The notes under the pieces were generated by a model that saw nothing but the letters and a program-made list of their open reading frames with translations, had not been told where the DNA came from and ran no database searches. From assembly GCA_034120015.1 (NCBI GenBank), contig JAXEIF010000029.1, positions 118,963 through 182,962 on the forward strand: 64,000 nt of DNA, in the 5' to 3' direction. Positions 36,127-44,558 of this stretch are shown piece by piece. The position numbers and the translations under genes are program-made. This stretch comes from Spirochaetia bacterium. Its GTDB lineage: Bacteria > Spirochaetota > Spirochaetia > JAFGXN01. Position 1 is the stretch's first letter. Each line of letters starts with the position of its first letter.

Positions 36127-38823
36127 TTATTTTTTAACGAAAGCATCTTTGATGCTTTTTGCCGTAATTTTACCGGCCCGTTTTACAGCGTATCCCGCAA
36201 CGCGCATCGGTAAATCTTCCAACTTGCCGCCGAAAGCCGGATTCTGTTTTTTTACCAGCTTAATCGCATCGAACTTACATTTGGTAACACAGAGACCGCA
36301 GCCGAGGCATTTGTATGTATCGACAACCGTGGCTCCGCAACCGAGACACCGTTCCGTTTCTTTTTTTACCTGTTCTTCGGTAAAGGCCAGACGGGCGTCG
36401 CGGAAAGTCTTGTCTTTCGACTTGTCGTGTCCGGCGACCTGTCTCGGGGTATTGTCGAATCCGGCTATATCAATATTTTCTTTGTCAAGAGCATGATAGC
36501 GGCGACGGTCACGGCCGAGAATAAGGCTTTGCCCCGGCTGGACAAAGCGGTGCAGGGAAATGGCTGCCTGTTTTCCGGCGGCAATGGCGTCGATAGCAAA
36601 TTTAGGACCCGTAAAGGCATCTCCTCCGACAAAGATATCGGATTCGGCGGTCTGATAAGTGAATCCGTCGGCTTCTGCTGTCATATTCGGGTTCAGTCTG
36701 ACTTTGCTTCCCTTCAGTAAGTCTCCCCAGAGAACAGTCTGTCCGACCGTCAGAAGAATGTAATCCGCGGAAACGGTGATGACTTCAGACTCGTCGAATT
36801 TCGGAGCAAACTTCCGGTTTTCGTCGAAAACGGAAATACATTTTTTGAACTCGATACCGGTCACTTTTCCGTTTTCCGTCAGAATTCGTTTCGGCCCCCA
36901 GCCATGGTCGACCGTAACACCCTCTTCGAGAGCTTCCTCGACTTCGTCGGCGCTGGCCGGCATTTCTTTTTCGCTTTCCAGACAGAACATTCTGACCGAA
37001 TCCGTTTTTTCGCGAATGGCAGTTCTGGCTACATCGACGGCGACATTGCCGCCGCCGATAACAACGATGCGGCCTCTGATGCCGGAGTTCTTACCTGCAT
37101 TCACTGTTTTCAGGAAATCGATGCCCGAAATAACACCTTCCGCTTCTTCCCCTTCAACGCCGATCTTTCGCCCTCCCTGGGCTCCGATTGCCAGGTAAAA
37201 GCCTTTGTAACCCTGTTTGCGCAGTTCGTCGAGCGTGACATCTTTCCCGACATCGATACCGGTTTTGAATTCGACACCGAGTTCGCGCAGAACATCGATT
37301 TCCGCATTCAAAACATCTTTTTCCAAACGGAACGACGGAATTCCGAGAGCAAGCATTCCGCCCGGTTTTTCTTCTTTTTCGAAAACGGTGACCGAATAGT
37401 TGTCGATAGCCAGGTAGTATGCGCACGCCAGACCGGCCGGTCCCGAACCGATAACGGCAATTTTCTTATCGGAATAGTCATGCATTTTTTTCGGAATAAA
37501 GCGGGTTTCTTTTTTCAATTCCCGTTCCGCCAAAAAGCGCTTGATTTCGTCGATAGCAATCGGCTGGTCGATTTCACCGCGCGTACATTCGTCCTCGCAG
37601 GCGTGATTACAGATCCGTCCGCAAACCGCCGGCAGAGGGTTTTCCTTTTTAATCAGTTCGAGAGCCTCGTCGTATTTGCCCTGAGCCGCCAGTTTGATAT
37701 ATCCCTGAACCGCAATATGGGCGGGGCATTTGGTTTTACACGGAGCTGTTCCCGTGTCGACGACGTCTTCGGAATTGGTACGGTAGTCGACGTTCCATTT
37801 CTTTTGCGTCCAGACGGTGTCGGTAATTTTGTCATATTCTTTTTCCGGCTTAATCGGTGTGATTGTACAGAGCTTTTGTCCGAGTTTCAGTGCGTTCGAC
37901 GGACAGGATTCGACACATTGACCGCAGGCGACGCAGTTTTCGGGATTGATTTCCGAGTAGTAGTTACTGCCGACCGCGCTGTAAGCGCCGAAGAGGGTTG
38001 CCACGCGTAATCCGAAGCAGGAACAGCTGCAGCAGTTACAGATAGCAGCCGAACTGCCGGTTCCGTCGATGTTGGGCAGCTGATGCATCAGCCCGTTTTC
38101 TTCTGCCCGTTTCAGAATTTCATAAACCTCTTCCCGCGTAATTTGACGTGCACGGCCGGTTCGGATAAAATATTCGGCCCCTTTCCCCATCTGCAGGCAA
38201 ATGTCGTGTTCCAGGTGTCCGCATCCTTCTCCCATAATTCGTCGGGTTCTCCGGCAGGAGCACGGCGCAACGGAAAAAACATCGTATTTATTAATATAGT
38301 AGCTTAAACGTTCGGCATCGACAGTTTGGGGATTGCCGTCGATAGCCTGTTCGATGGGAATGACGCGCATCAGTCCTGTACCGTTCGGGAGGAGAGAGGC
38401 CATAGAGGCCATTCTTTCCCGTGTGTACTGTTCAAAGGCGCGGGCTATTTGCGGATACTTTTCGACGAGTTCTTTATTTCCGACCATCATCTCCAAAATT
38501 CCCGGAGCGAATGTTTGGACAAAAAAGCAATCTTCGCCCTCTTTTGTTTTATTGACTCGCAAAACACCCTTATCTGCCAGAGACAACAGAAGCTGATGCG
38601 TTTTTTCGGGACTTAAGCCCAGTTTTGTCTGTGCTTTTTTCTGAATTTCGGAAATCGGAGTTTCCGTTCTCCATTTCAGGAGCAGCGCCGCGTCGGCCTC
38701 TTCATCGGAGACACAGCATTCCAGTGAGTAATACTCGGGTGATTCGGCGGTTATCCGGTTCAGCATACCGGGTGTTCCGCCGACCAGTTTTGCCAGTTTG
38801 ACAATCTTCTTTCTTAAAGCCAT
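36127..38823 (-). CDS. multi-domain Fe-S flavoprotein (YgfK/AegA-like). N-terminal Cys-rich region, 2x[4Fe-4S], a GltD-like FAD/NAD(P)H pyridine-nucleotide-disulfide oxidoreductase domain, and a C-terminal 2x[4Fe-4S] ferredoxin.
   Basis: Dinucleotide-binding fold KKIAVIGSGPAGLACAYYL. GltD-type cluster region CPAHIAVQGY...AVCGRICNHACEDEC. C-terminal CLGCGATVVDTYKCLGCGLCVTKC. N-terminal APCSCRR...CNCCSCSCFG...CVACGQCVESCP. Confidence 0.55.
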   Translation of the reverse strand: MALRKKIVKLAKLVGGTPGMLNRITAESPEYYSLECCVSDEEADAALLLKWRTETPISEIQKKAQTKLGLSPEKTHQLLLSLADKGVLRVNKTKEGEDCFFVQTFAPGILEMMVGNKELVEKYPQIARAFEQYTRERMASMASLLPNGTGLMRVIPIEQAIDGNPQTVDAERLSYYINKYDVFSVAPCSCRRTRRIMGEGCGHLEHDICLQMGKGAEYFIRTGRARQITREEVYEILKRAEENGLMHQLPNIDGTGSSAAICNCCSCSCFGLRVATLFGAYSAVGSNYYSEINPENCVACGQCVESCPSNALKLGQKLCTITPIKPEKEYDKITDTVWTQKKWNVDYRTNSEDVVDTGTAPCKTKCPAHIAVQGYIKLAAQGKYDEALELIKKENPLPAVCGRICNHACEDECTRGEIDQPIAIDEIKRFLAERELKKETRFIPKKMHDYSDKKIAVIGSGPAGLACAYYLAIDNYSVTVFEKEEKPGGMLALGIPSFRLEKDVLNAEIDVLRELGVEFKTGIDVGKDVTLDELRKQGYKGFYLAIGAQGGRKIGVEGEEAEGVISGIDFLKTVNAGKNSGIRGRIVVIGGGNVAVDVARTAIREKTDSVRMFCLESEKEMPASADEVEEALEEGVTVDHGWGPKRILTENGKVTGIEFKKCISVFDENRKFAPKFDESEVITVSADYILLTVGQTVLWGDLLKGSKVRLNPNMTAEADGFTYQTAESDIFVGGDAFTGPKFAIDAIAAGKQAAISLHRFVQPGQSLILGRDRRRYHALDKENIDIAGFDNTPRQVAGHDKSKDKTFRDARLAFTEEQVKKETERCLGCGATVVDTYKCLGCGLCVTKCKFDAIKLVKKQNPAFGGKLEDLPMRVAGYAVKRAGKITAKSIKDAFVKK

Positions 38824-38841
38824 TTCATCCTCCGTATAAAA

Positions 38842-39552
38842 TTAATGACGGTTTTTCATTAACGCATTGGGTTGTATTATTTCGGAACTTTTCCATTCGG
38901 CGACTGCATCTTTCAGCCATTGAATCCAGGAAAGGATGCCTTCGCCCGTTTTCCCCGAAATCGTAAAAATCCGAATATTCGGATTGAGTTTTCGTACCCG
39001 TTCGATGCACAAGTCGATATTGAAATCGAAATAGGGCAGGACGTCGATTTTGTTAATCAGCAGAACATCGCAAACGGCAAACATATTCGGATATTTAAGA
39101 GGTTTGTCGTCTCCTTCTGGTACGCTGAGAATCATCGCGTTGGCTGCCGCTCCCGTATCGAATTCGGCGGGACAGATCAGATTGCCGATATTTTCAATAA
39201 CGGCCAAATCGATATTTTCGAGCCCGATGCCGTCGGTTCCCTGTCGGGTCATTCCTGCCGTCAGGTGGCACATACCTCCGGTATGAAGCTGAACAGCTTT
39301 GGCTCCGGCTTCGGCCACTGCGCGGGCATCGACATCGGAATCGATATCGGCTTCCAAAACGGCAATTTTCAAATCATTTTTCAGTTCACCGATTGTTTTT
39401 TCCAGAAAAGTAGTTTTCCCCGAACCGGGAGAGGACATCAGATTGAGAAGAAACGTTTTTCCTTTTTTCAGTTCGGCACGCAGACGGTCAGCTTCCGCAT
39501 TGTTGTCGGCATAAACACTTTGCTTAATTTCAATAACACGAAATGCATCCAT
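38842..39552 (-). CDS. hypB: hydrogenase nickel-incorporation GTPase HypB
   Basis: P-loop LMSSPGSGKTT. Metal-site residues GGMCHL and NLICPAEFD. 236 aa. Confidence 0.8.
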   Translation of the reverse strand: MDAFRVIEIKQSVYADNNAEADRLRAELKKGKTFLLNLMSSPGSGKTTFLEKTIGELKNDLKIAVLEADIDSDVDARAVAEAGAKAVQLHTGGMCHLTAGMTRQGTDGIGLENIDLAVIENIGNLICPAEFDTGAAANAMILSVPEGDDKPLKYPNMFAVCDVLLINKIDVLPYFDFNIDLCIERVRKLNPNIRIFTISGKTGEGILSWIQWLKDAVAEWKSSEIIQPNALMKNRH

Positions 39553-39573
39553 AAATTCAGTTACCTCAACAAT

Positions 39574-39602
39574 ATTATATGTTGAGAAATGCCGTTTTTC
39601 AA
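39574..39602 (-). promoter_or_regulatory. sigma70-like promoter for hypB (TTGAAA-17-TATAAT). The inverted repeat CTCAAC-N10-GTTGAG spans the -10 box.
   Basis: The reverse complement of 39560-39603 reads cTTGAAAaacggcatttctcaacaTATAATattgttGAGGTaactgaatttATG. Palindrome arms at 39565-39570 and 39581-39586. Confidence 0.55.
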
Positions 39603-39603
39603 G

Positions 39604-39630
39604 AAAAAAAACCGGAGGATTCCTCCGGTT
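39604..39630 (-). terminator. rho-independent terminator (minus strand): AACCGGAGGA/TCCTCCGGTT perfect palindrome, then T8
   Basis: Read directly. Follows the stop (39650) of the small upstream minus-strand ORF. Confidence 0.7.
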
Positions 39631-39649
39631 GACAGTCTGAAATGTTAAA

Positions 39650-39822
39650 TTATCGGAAGTTGAAATCGATACGGCCGGTCCCGCCTTCGATCGGTAAAGA
39701 TTCGGTTATCACGGAATCAATTACTGTTTCGCCGGTCTCGGGTGTCGGTTTCGGGTTTTTGAAATTATGCAGAGAAATATTCTAAAAGTAAAAAGCAAAA
39801 TCAATAATACAATTTTTTTCAT
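39650..39822 (-). pseudogene. small putative lipoprotein gene split by a frameshift at an A5 run
   Basis: AGGAG-N8-ATG(39822) gives MKKIVLLILLFTFRIFLCIISK.... This frame stops at 39721. The +1 frame continues ...NFKNPKPTPETGETVIDSVITESLPIEGGTGRIDFNFR to a stop at 39650. One extra A in the A5 run (plus-strand T5 at 39756-39760) joins the two frames. Confidence 0.3.
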
Positions 39823-39933
39823 AAACATAACTCCTAAAAAATTTTCTCTCTTTAACATATATATTGCATTTAGTCAACAAAGGAAAATCAATTTTTATTT
39901 GGATTGAATAAAAAAATATATTTATAAAAATCG

Positions 39934-39962
39934 TTGACAATTTTTTTTTTTCGCGTTATAAT
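39934..39962 (+). promoter_or_regulatory. consensus sigma70 promoter TTGACA-17-TATAAT driving rubredoxin
   Basis: TTGACA at 39934-39939, a 17-nt T-rich spacer, TATAAT at 39957-39962. The ribosome-binding site AAAGGAGA follows about 15 nt downstream. Confidence 0.7.
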
Positions 39963-39992
39963 CAGTCATCTGAATTGAAAAAGGAGAAAAAA

Positions 39993-40151
39993 ATGCAGAA
40001 ATATGTTTGTGATTTGTGCGGATATGTTTACGATCCTGCCGTAGGCGATCCCGACAGCGGTATTGCTCCGGGAACACCGTTTGAGGCAATTCCCGAAGAC
40101 TGGGTTTGTCCGGTTTGCGGAGCTGCCAAAAGCATGTTTTCCGCCCAGTAA
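39993..40151 (+). CDS. rub: rubredoxin (52 aa). Absent from the ORF track, which omits ORFs under 60 aa.
   Basis: Translation: [52 protein letters not shown]. Canonical CxxCG...CPxCG rubredoxin. Followed by terminator GAGAAAGGGG-ATGT-CCCCTTTCT + T5 at 40156-40183. Confidence 0.85.
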   Translation: MQKYVCDLCGYVYDPAVGDPDSGIAPGTPFEAIPEDWVCPVCGAAKSMFSAQ

Positions 40152-40234
40152 GCGGGAGAAAGGGGATGTCCCCTTTCTTTTTTAATCTTTTGTTTATACC
40201 TTTTATAAAAAAATATTTTATATAGGAGAAAAAA

Positions 40235-40972
40235 ATGAAGAAAATTTTTACTGTTATGTTTATTCTGTTTGCGTTGGGTGCGTTTGCACAGGAATCGAGT
40301 CGAATGCCGCTGATCGGCGATCCGGCTCCGGCGTTTACAGCCGTGACGACACAGGGAACCATTGATTTTCCGAAAGATTTTAAAGGAAAATGGGTGATTC
40401 TGTTCAGCCATCCCGCCGATTTTACGCCCGTCTGTACCACAGAATTTATGACGTTTGCTTCCATGATCGATGAATTTGCGGCTTTGAATACCCAGCTGGT
40501 CGGTCTTTCGATTGATTCGCTGTATGCTCACATCGCCTGGCTGCGAAAAATTCAGGAACTCAAGTGGAAAGATCTCGAAAACATCGAAGTCACTTTCCCT
40601 CTGATTGAAGACATCAAAATGGAAGTTGCCAAAAAATACGGAATGCTTCAGCCGAATGCCTCTTCGACACAGGCTGTCCGTGCCGTCTTTATTATTGATC
40701 CGAAAGGAATTATCCGCACGATTCTGTACTATCCGCTTTCGACCGGACGTAACTTCGACGAAATTAAACGGTTGGTTCAGGCACTGCAGAAAGCCGACGA
40801 AGGTGTGGCGACCCCTGCCGACTGGAGACCGGGAGATGATGTGATTGTGCCGACAGCAGGCTCCTGCGGAACCGCAAAAGAAAGAATGGAAAATCAGACA
40901 GCGGATCAGTACTGCCTTGACTGGTTTATGTGCTTCAGAAAAGATAATGCGGGTAAAAAGGGCAGAAAGTAA
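40235..40972 (+). CDS. 1-Cys peroxiredoxin (Prx6/AhpC-TSA family) with an N-terminal signal peptide
   Basis: FSHPADFTPVCTTE peroxidatic-Cys motif. MKKIFTVMFILFALGAFAQE signal-peptide-like leader. 245 aa. Confidence 0.7.
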   Translation: MKKIFTVMFILFALGAFAQESSRMPLIGDPAPAFTAVTTQGTIDFPKDFKGKWVILFSHPADFTPVCTTEFMTFASMIDEFAALNTQLVGLSIDSLYAHIAWLRKIQELKWKDLENIEVTFPLIEDIKMEVAKKYGMLQPNASSTQAVRAVFIIDPKGIIRTILYYPLSTGRNFDEIKRLVQALQKADEGVATPADWRPGDDVIVPTAGSCGTAKERMENQTADQYCLDWFMCFRKDNAGKKGRK

Positions 40973-41067
40973 ACCTTTTCCGCAACCAGATGAAAGCTGC
41001 CGGTTCTCCGGCAGCTTTTTTGTTAAAAACAGACCGGCGGGAGTCCCCGTCTGTCTGTTCGCCTGAC

Positions 41068-43602
41068 TTACTTTTCGATGATGTCCGTTACCGTATAGCC
41101 TGCGCCGGTGACGGCCTTTTTCAAAACGTCGACCGCGGTATTGTTTTCGATGCGGCAGGTGGCCTTGGCTGTTTGCAGGTCGACGGTTGCGGAAACGCCT
41201 TCCACGGCGTTCAGAGCCGATTCGACATGGGTACGGCAGTGGTTGCACATCATACCTTCGATTTTCAGTTCGACCGTTTTCATGGGAAAACCTCCTTGAT
41301 TTTTGTTTTTACCGATTATCGCATCCCGTGAAAAGCGGGATCGGAAGCGTTTTAACCGCAGTGCGTTGCCGACAACGCAAATCGAGCTGAGGCTCATGGC
41401 CGCAGCGGCAAACTCCGGTCGCAGCGGAATACCGAAAAGCGCTTCGAGCAGTCCCGACGCGGCCGGAATCCCGAGACAGTTATAAAACAGTGCCCAAAAC
41501 AAATTTTCTTTAATATTGTGCATAACTTTTCGGCTGAGTCGCAACGCCGTCACAGCATCGGAAAGACGGTTGTTCATCAGAACAATTTCGGCTGTTTCAA
41601 TCGCAATGTCGGACCCGCCGGCGGGGGCGATACCGATATCGGCGCGGGCAAGTGCCGGCGAGTCGTTGATGCCGTCTCCGGTCATACCGACGCTGTGACC
41701 TTCGTTTTGAAGGCGGCGGATTTCTGCCTCTTTGTCCTGCGGTAAAAGACCTGCCCGGACTGTTTCGATTCCAACCAGGGCGCCGACGGCCGCTGCCGTT
41801 TCCGCGCGGTCTCCCGTCAGCATGACGGGAGTGATGCCCATTTCTTTTAAACCGGCAACGGCCTCTGCCGAATCGGGTTTCGGGCGGTCGATGACGGACA
41901 GTGTGCCGAGAAAACGTCCGTTTTCGGCAAAAAAGAGCGGCGTTTCGCCGCCTGAGACGGCGTCGCCCGCCCCGGCGGGCACGGTAATGCCGTTTTCCGT
42001 CAGAAAAGAGGCATTGCCGGCGTAAACGGTGTTGCCCGAAACGGTGCCGCAGATGCCTCTGCCGGGAACTGTCTGCAGATTGTCGGCCGGCGGGTAATTT
42101 ATATTGAGAGCGGCTGCATAGGCGGTGACGGCATCCGCCAGCGGGTGAGAGGAACCCGCTTCGAGGGCGGCTGCGGTCTTTATAAGTTCGTCTTTTGTTA
42201 CTCCGGGTGACGGTCGCACCGCTGTGACGGACGGTCTGCCTTCGGTCAAAGTTCCTGTTTTATCCAGTAACAAAAAGTCGATGCGGCCGGCTTTTTCCAG
42301 CGCTTCGCCGTTTCGGATCAGAATTCCCAGTTCGGCGCCGCGTCCGATTCCGACTGTTACGGCTGTCGGTGTGGCCAGCCCCAAAGCGCACGGACAGGAA
42401 ATGACCAAAACCGCGATTGCCCGCCCGAGCGCCGTTTCGAAACCGAGTCCGAAAAATAAGGCGGCGGCAAACGTTACGAGAGCAATCGTCATCACAACGG
42501 GAACAAAAACGCGGCTGATGCGGTCGGCCAGACGCGCAATCGGGGCTTTGGAGGCGGATGCTTCTTCGACAAGAGAAATAATGCGGGCCAAAGTGTTTTC
42601 TTTACCGACACGGGTGGCCCGTACTTTGAGCAGTCCCCACCGGTTGACGGATCCGGCCAAAACAGAATCGTCCGGATTCTTTTCGACAGGGATGCTTTCG
42701 CCGGTCAACGCCGATTCATCCATTGCCGAACTGCCTTCGATCACCGTTCCGTCGGCCGCGGCTGTTTCTCCGGCTTTAATCAGGAAGATTTCATCTTTAA
42801 GCAGACTGTCGGCGGGAATTGTTTCCTCACGGCCGTTACGTATGACGGTTACCGATCGCGGCGATAAATCGATCAGTTTTTCGATGACCGAAGATGTTCT
42901 GCGTCGGGCACGGCTTTCCAGGTATTTCCCCAGAGAAACGAGCGTCAGAATCATGCCGGCCGATTCGAAATAGAGGTGAGTACCGTATTGTTTTACAAGA
43001 GTCTGATTACCTGTTTCCAGGCCGTATCCGAGCCGGTACAGGGCAAAAAGGCTGTATGCAACGGCTGCACCGGCACCGACGGCAATCAGCGAATCCATAA
43101 TCGGTTTCCCGCGAAACAGCGTTTTGAAACCGCCGGTAAAATAGGAGCGGTTTAAAAACAAAATCGGAATCAGCAGCAGAAATTGCGTTAAAGCGGAAAG
43201 AAGGGTGCCGTGAAATGCGGCAACGGTCGAGCCGGGAGCAAAGCGGTGCGCTGCCATCAACCCCATATCGAGCAGAAACAGCGGTACCAGAAAAACGGCC
43301 GAAAAAATCAGCCGCATACGCGTTTCCCGGTCGGCTGCCGCCGTTTTTCCGGTGGTCAACCCTGAATCCGAACCGCGATCGGCCGCTTCCGACGGCGTTA
43401 TGGGGCGGTAACCCGCCTTTTTGACGGCATCACAAAAATGGTGTTCGTTTGTGCGGGTTTCGTCATAAACGATTTGGGCTTTATTTGTCAGCAGGCTGAC
43501 CCGAACCGAGTCGACGCCTTCTATTTTTTTTACGGCATCTTCGACATGAACGGCGCAGGCCGAACATGTCATGCCCTCGATATTGATTTCACATTTTTTC
43601 AT
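41068..43602 (-). CDS. copA: heavy-metal (Cu+/Ag+-type) translocating P1B-type ATPase with HMA domains at both the N- and C-termini
   Basis: N-terminal GMTCSACAVHVE, CPCALGLATP, DKTGTLT, GDGINDSPAL, C-terminal GMMCNHCRTHVE. 844 aa. Confidence 0.8.
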   Translation of the reverse strand: MKKCEINIEGMTCSACAVHVEDAVKKIEGVDSVRVSLLTNKAQIVYDETRTNEHHFCDAVKKAGYRPITPSEAADRGSDSGLTTGKTAAADRETRMRLIFSAVFLVPLFLLDMGLMAAHRFAPGSTVAAFHGTLLSALTQFLLLIPILFLNRSYFTGGFKTLFRGKPIMDSLIAVGAGAAVAYSLFALYRLGYGLETGNQTLVKQYGTHLYFESAGMILTLVSLGKYLESRARRRTSSVIEKLIDLSPRSVTVIRNGREETIPADSLLKDEIFLIKAGETAAADGTVIEGSSAMDESALTGESIPVEKNPDDSVLAGSVNRWGLLKVRATRVGKENTLARIISLVEEASASKAPIARLADRISRVFVPVVMTIALVTFAAALFFGLGFETALGRAIAVLVISCPCALGLATPTAVTVGIGRGAELGILIRNGEALEKAGRIDFLLLDKTGTLTEGRPSVTAVRPSPGVTKDELIKTAAALEAGSSHPLADAVTAYAAALNINYPPADNLQTVPGRGICGTVSGNTVYAGNASFLTENGITVPAGAGDAVSGGETPLFFAENGRFLGTLSVIDRPKPDSAEAVAGLKEMGITPVMLTGDRAETAAAVGALVGIETVRAGLLPQDKEAEIRRLQNEGHSVGMTGDGINDSPALARADIGIAPAGGSDIAIETAEIVLMNNRLSDAVTALRLSRKVMHNIKENLFWALFYNCLGIPAASGLLEALFGIPLRPEFAAAAMSLSSICVVGNALRLKRFRSRFSRDAIIGKNKNQGGFPMKTVELKIEGMMCNHCRTHVESALNAVEGVSATVDLQTAKATCRIENNTAVDVLKKAVTGAGYTVTDIIEK

Positions 43603-44530
43603 GCTGACTGTTTCCCGGCCGGTTGTAAATAATTGAATGGGGCGGTACCGATTTTGTAACCCAGCAGTTGCCGCCGATAACCGATCCTTTTCCGATGACC
43701 GTATTGCCGCCTAAAATTGTGGCGTTGGCATAGATAATCACATCGTCCTCGATATCGGGATGACGTTTTTGGCCGCGGATGGGGGTGCCGTTTGTGTCGA
43801 AAGGCGAGATTGCTCCCAACGTGACTCCCTGGTAAATAATGACATTGCGTCCGATGCGGCATGTTTCGCCGATAACAACTCCGGTACCGTGGTCGATAAA
43901 GAACCCGGGTTGGATTTCCGCTCCCGGATGAATGTCGATACCGCTTTGAGAATGGGCATATTCGCTCATAATTCTCGGAATAATCGGAACACCCTGCGCG
44001 TACAGATTGTGGGCAACGCGGTAAACCGCTACCGTCTCCACAAACGGGTAACTGAGAATCACTTCGGAAAGGTTTAAAGCAGCCGGGTCGCCGTGATAGC
44101 CCGTATTGACATCTTCCATTAAATCCTGGCGGATTTGCGGCAGTGCAAACAGAAGTCTGCGAACGATTTCATCCGCTTTCTCCCGACTTTGCGCACAGTC
44201 GCTGTTATCTTTAAGACAAAGGGCATCGGCAATGTGTTTTTGAAGGAGTCTGGCAGCCTGCCGCAGATTGTCGCCGATGTAAATATTCATTTCATCGTTT
44301 TCGATTTTTTCCTCGAGATAGCGGTTGGGGAAAAAAACACCCAGAATTTTTTTGAGAGCTTCGCAGATCTCGGCCCGTCCGGCAAGCCCGAGAGTCAGCC
44401 GCCCTTCGGCAGCGGCGGCCGCACGCGTTTGCGCCTCGAGTGTTTCGATAATCGGATTCAATTCGAAATTGAGGGTATAATTCAGATTATTCATATTATA
44501 TAATATTACTGTAAATAAAGAAATTTTCAA
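43589..44530 (-). CDS. cysE: serine O-acetyltransferase
   Basis: N-terminal SATase helical domain plus hexapeptide repeats DIHPGAEIQPGFFIDHGTGVVIGETCRIGRNVIIYQGVTLG. Confidence 0.75.
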   Translation of the reverse strand: MKISLFTVILYNMNNLNYTLNFELNPIIETLEAQTRAAAAAEGRLTLGLAGRAEICEALKKILGVFFPNRYLEEKIENDEMNIYIGDNLRQAARLLQKHIADALCLKDNSDCAQSREKADEIVRRLLFALPQIRQDLMEDVNTGYHGDPAALNLSEVILSYPFVETVAVYRVAHNLYAQGVPIIPRIMSEYAHSQSGIDIHPGAEIQPGFFIDHGTGVVIGETCRIGRNVIIYQGVTLGAISPFDTNGTPIRGQKRHPDIEDDVIIYANATILGGNTVIGKGSVIGGNCWVTKSVPPHSIIYNRPGNSQHEKM

Positions 44531-44558
44531 GAGGAAACAACGGTGCCGGGTTTGAGAT

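Noticed and set aside
36904-38010. 368-aa plus-strand ORF antisense to the GltD-like Fe-S flavoprotein
   Set aside because: No ribosome-binding site. The phenylalanine- and arginine-rich composition is an artefact of translating the reverse strand of a Cys/Glu/Lys-rich gene.
39643-39813. 56-aa plus-strand ORF between hypB and rubredoxin
   Set aside because: No ribosome-binding site or promoter. It overlaps the better-supported minus-strand transcription unit, which has its own ribosome-binding site and terminator.
40028-41248. 406-aa minus-strand ORF (Arg-rich) spanning the rubredoxin terminator, the peroxiredoxin gene and the copA 3' end
   Set aside because: Extremely R/G/H-rich. Crosses a real terminator and two confidently called genes on the other strand. 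Spurious.
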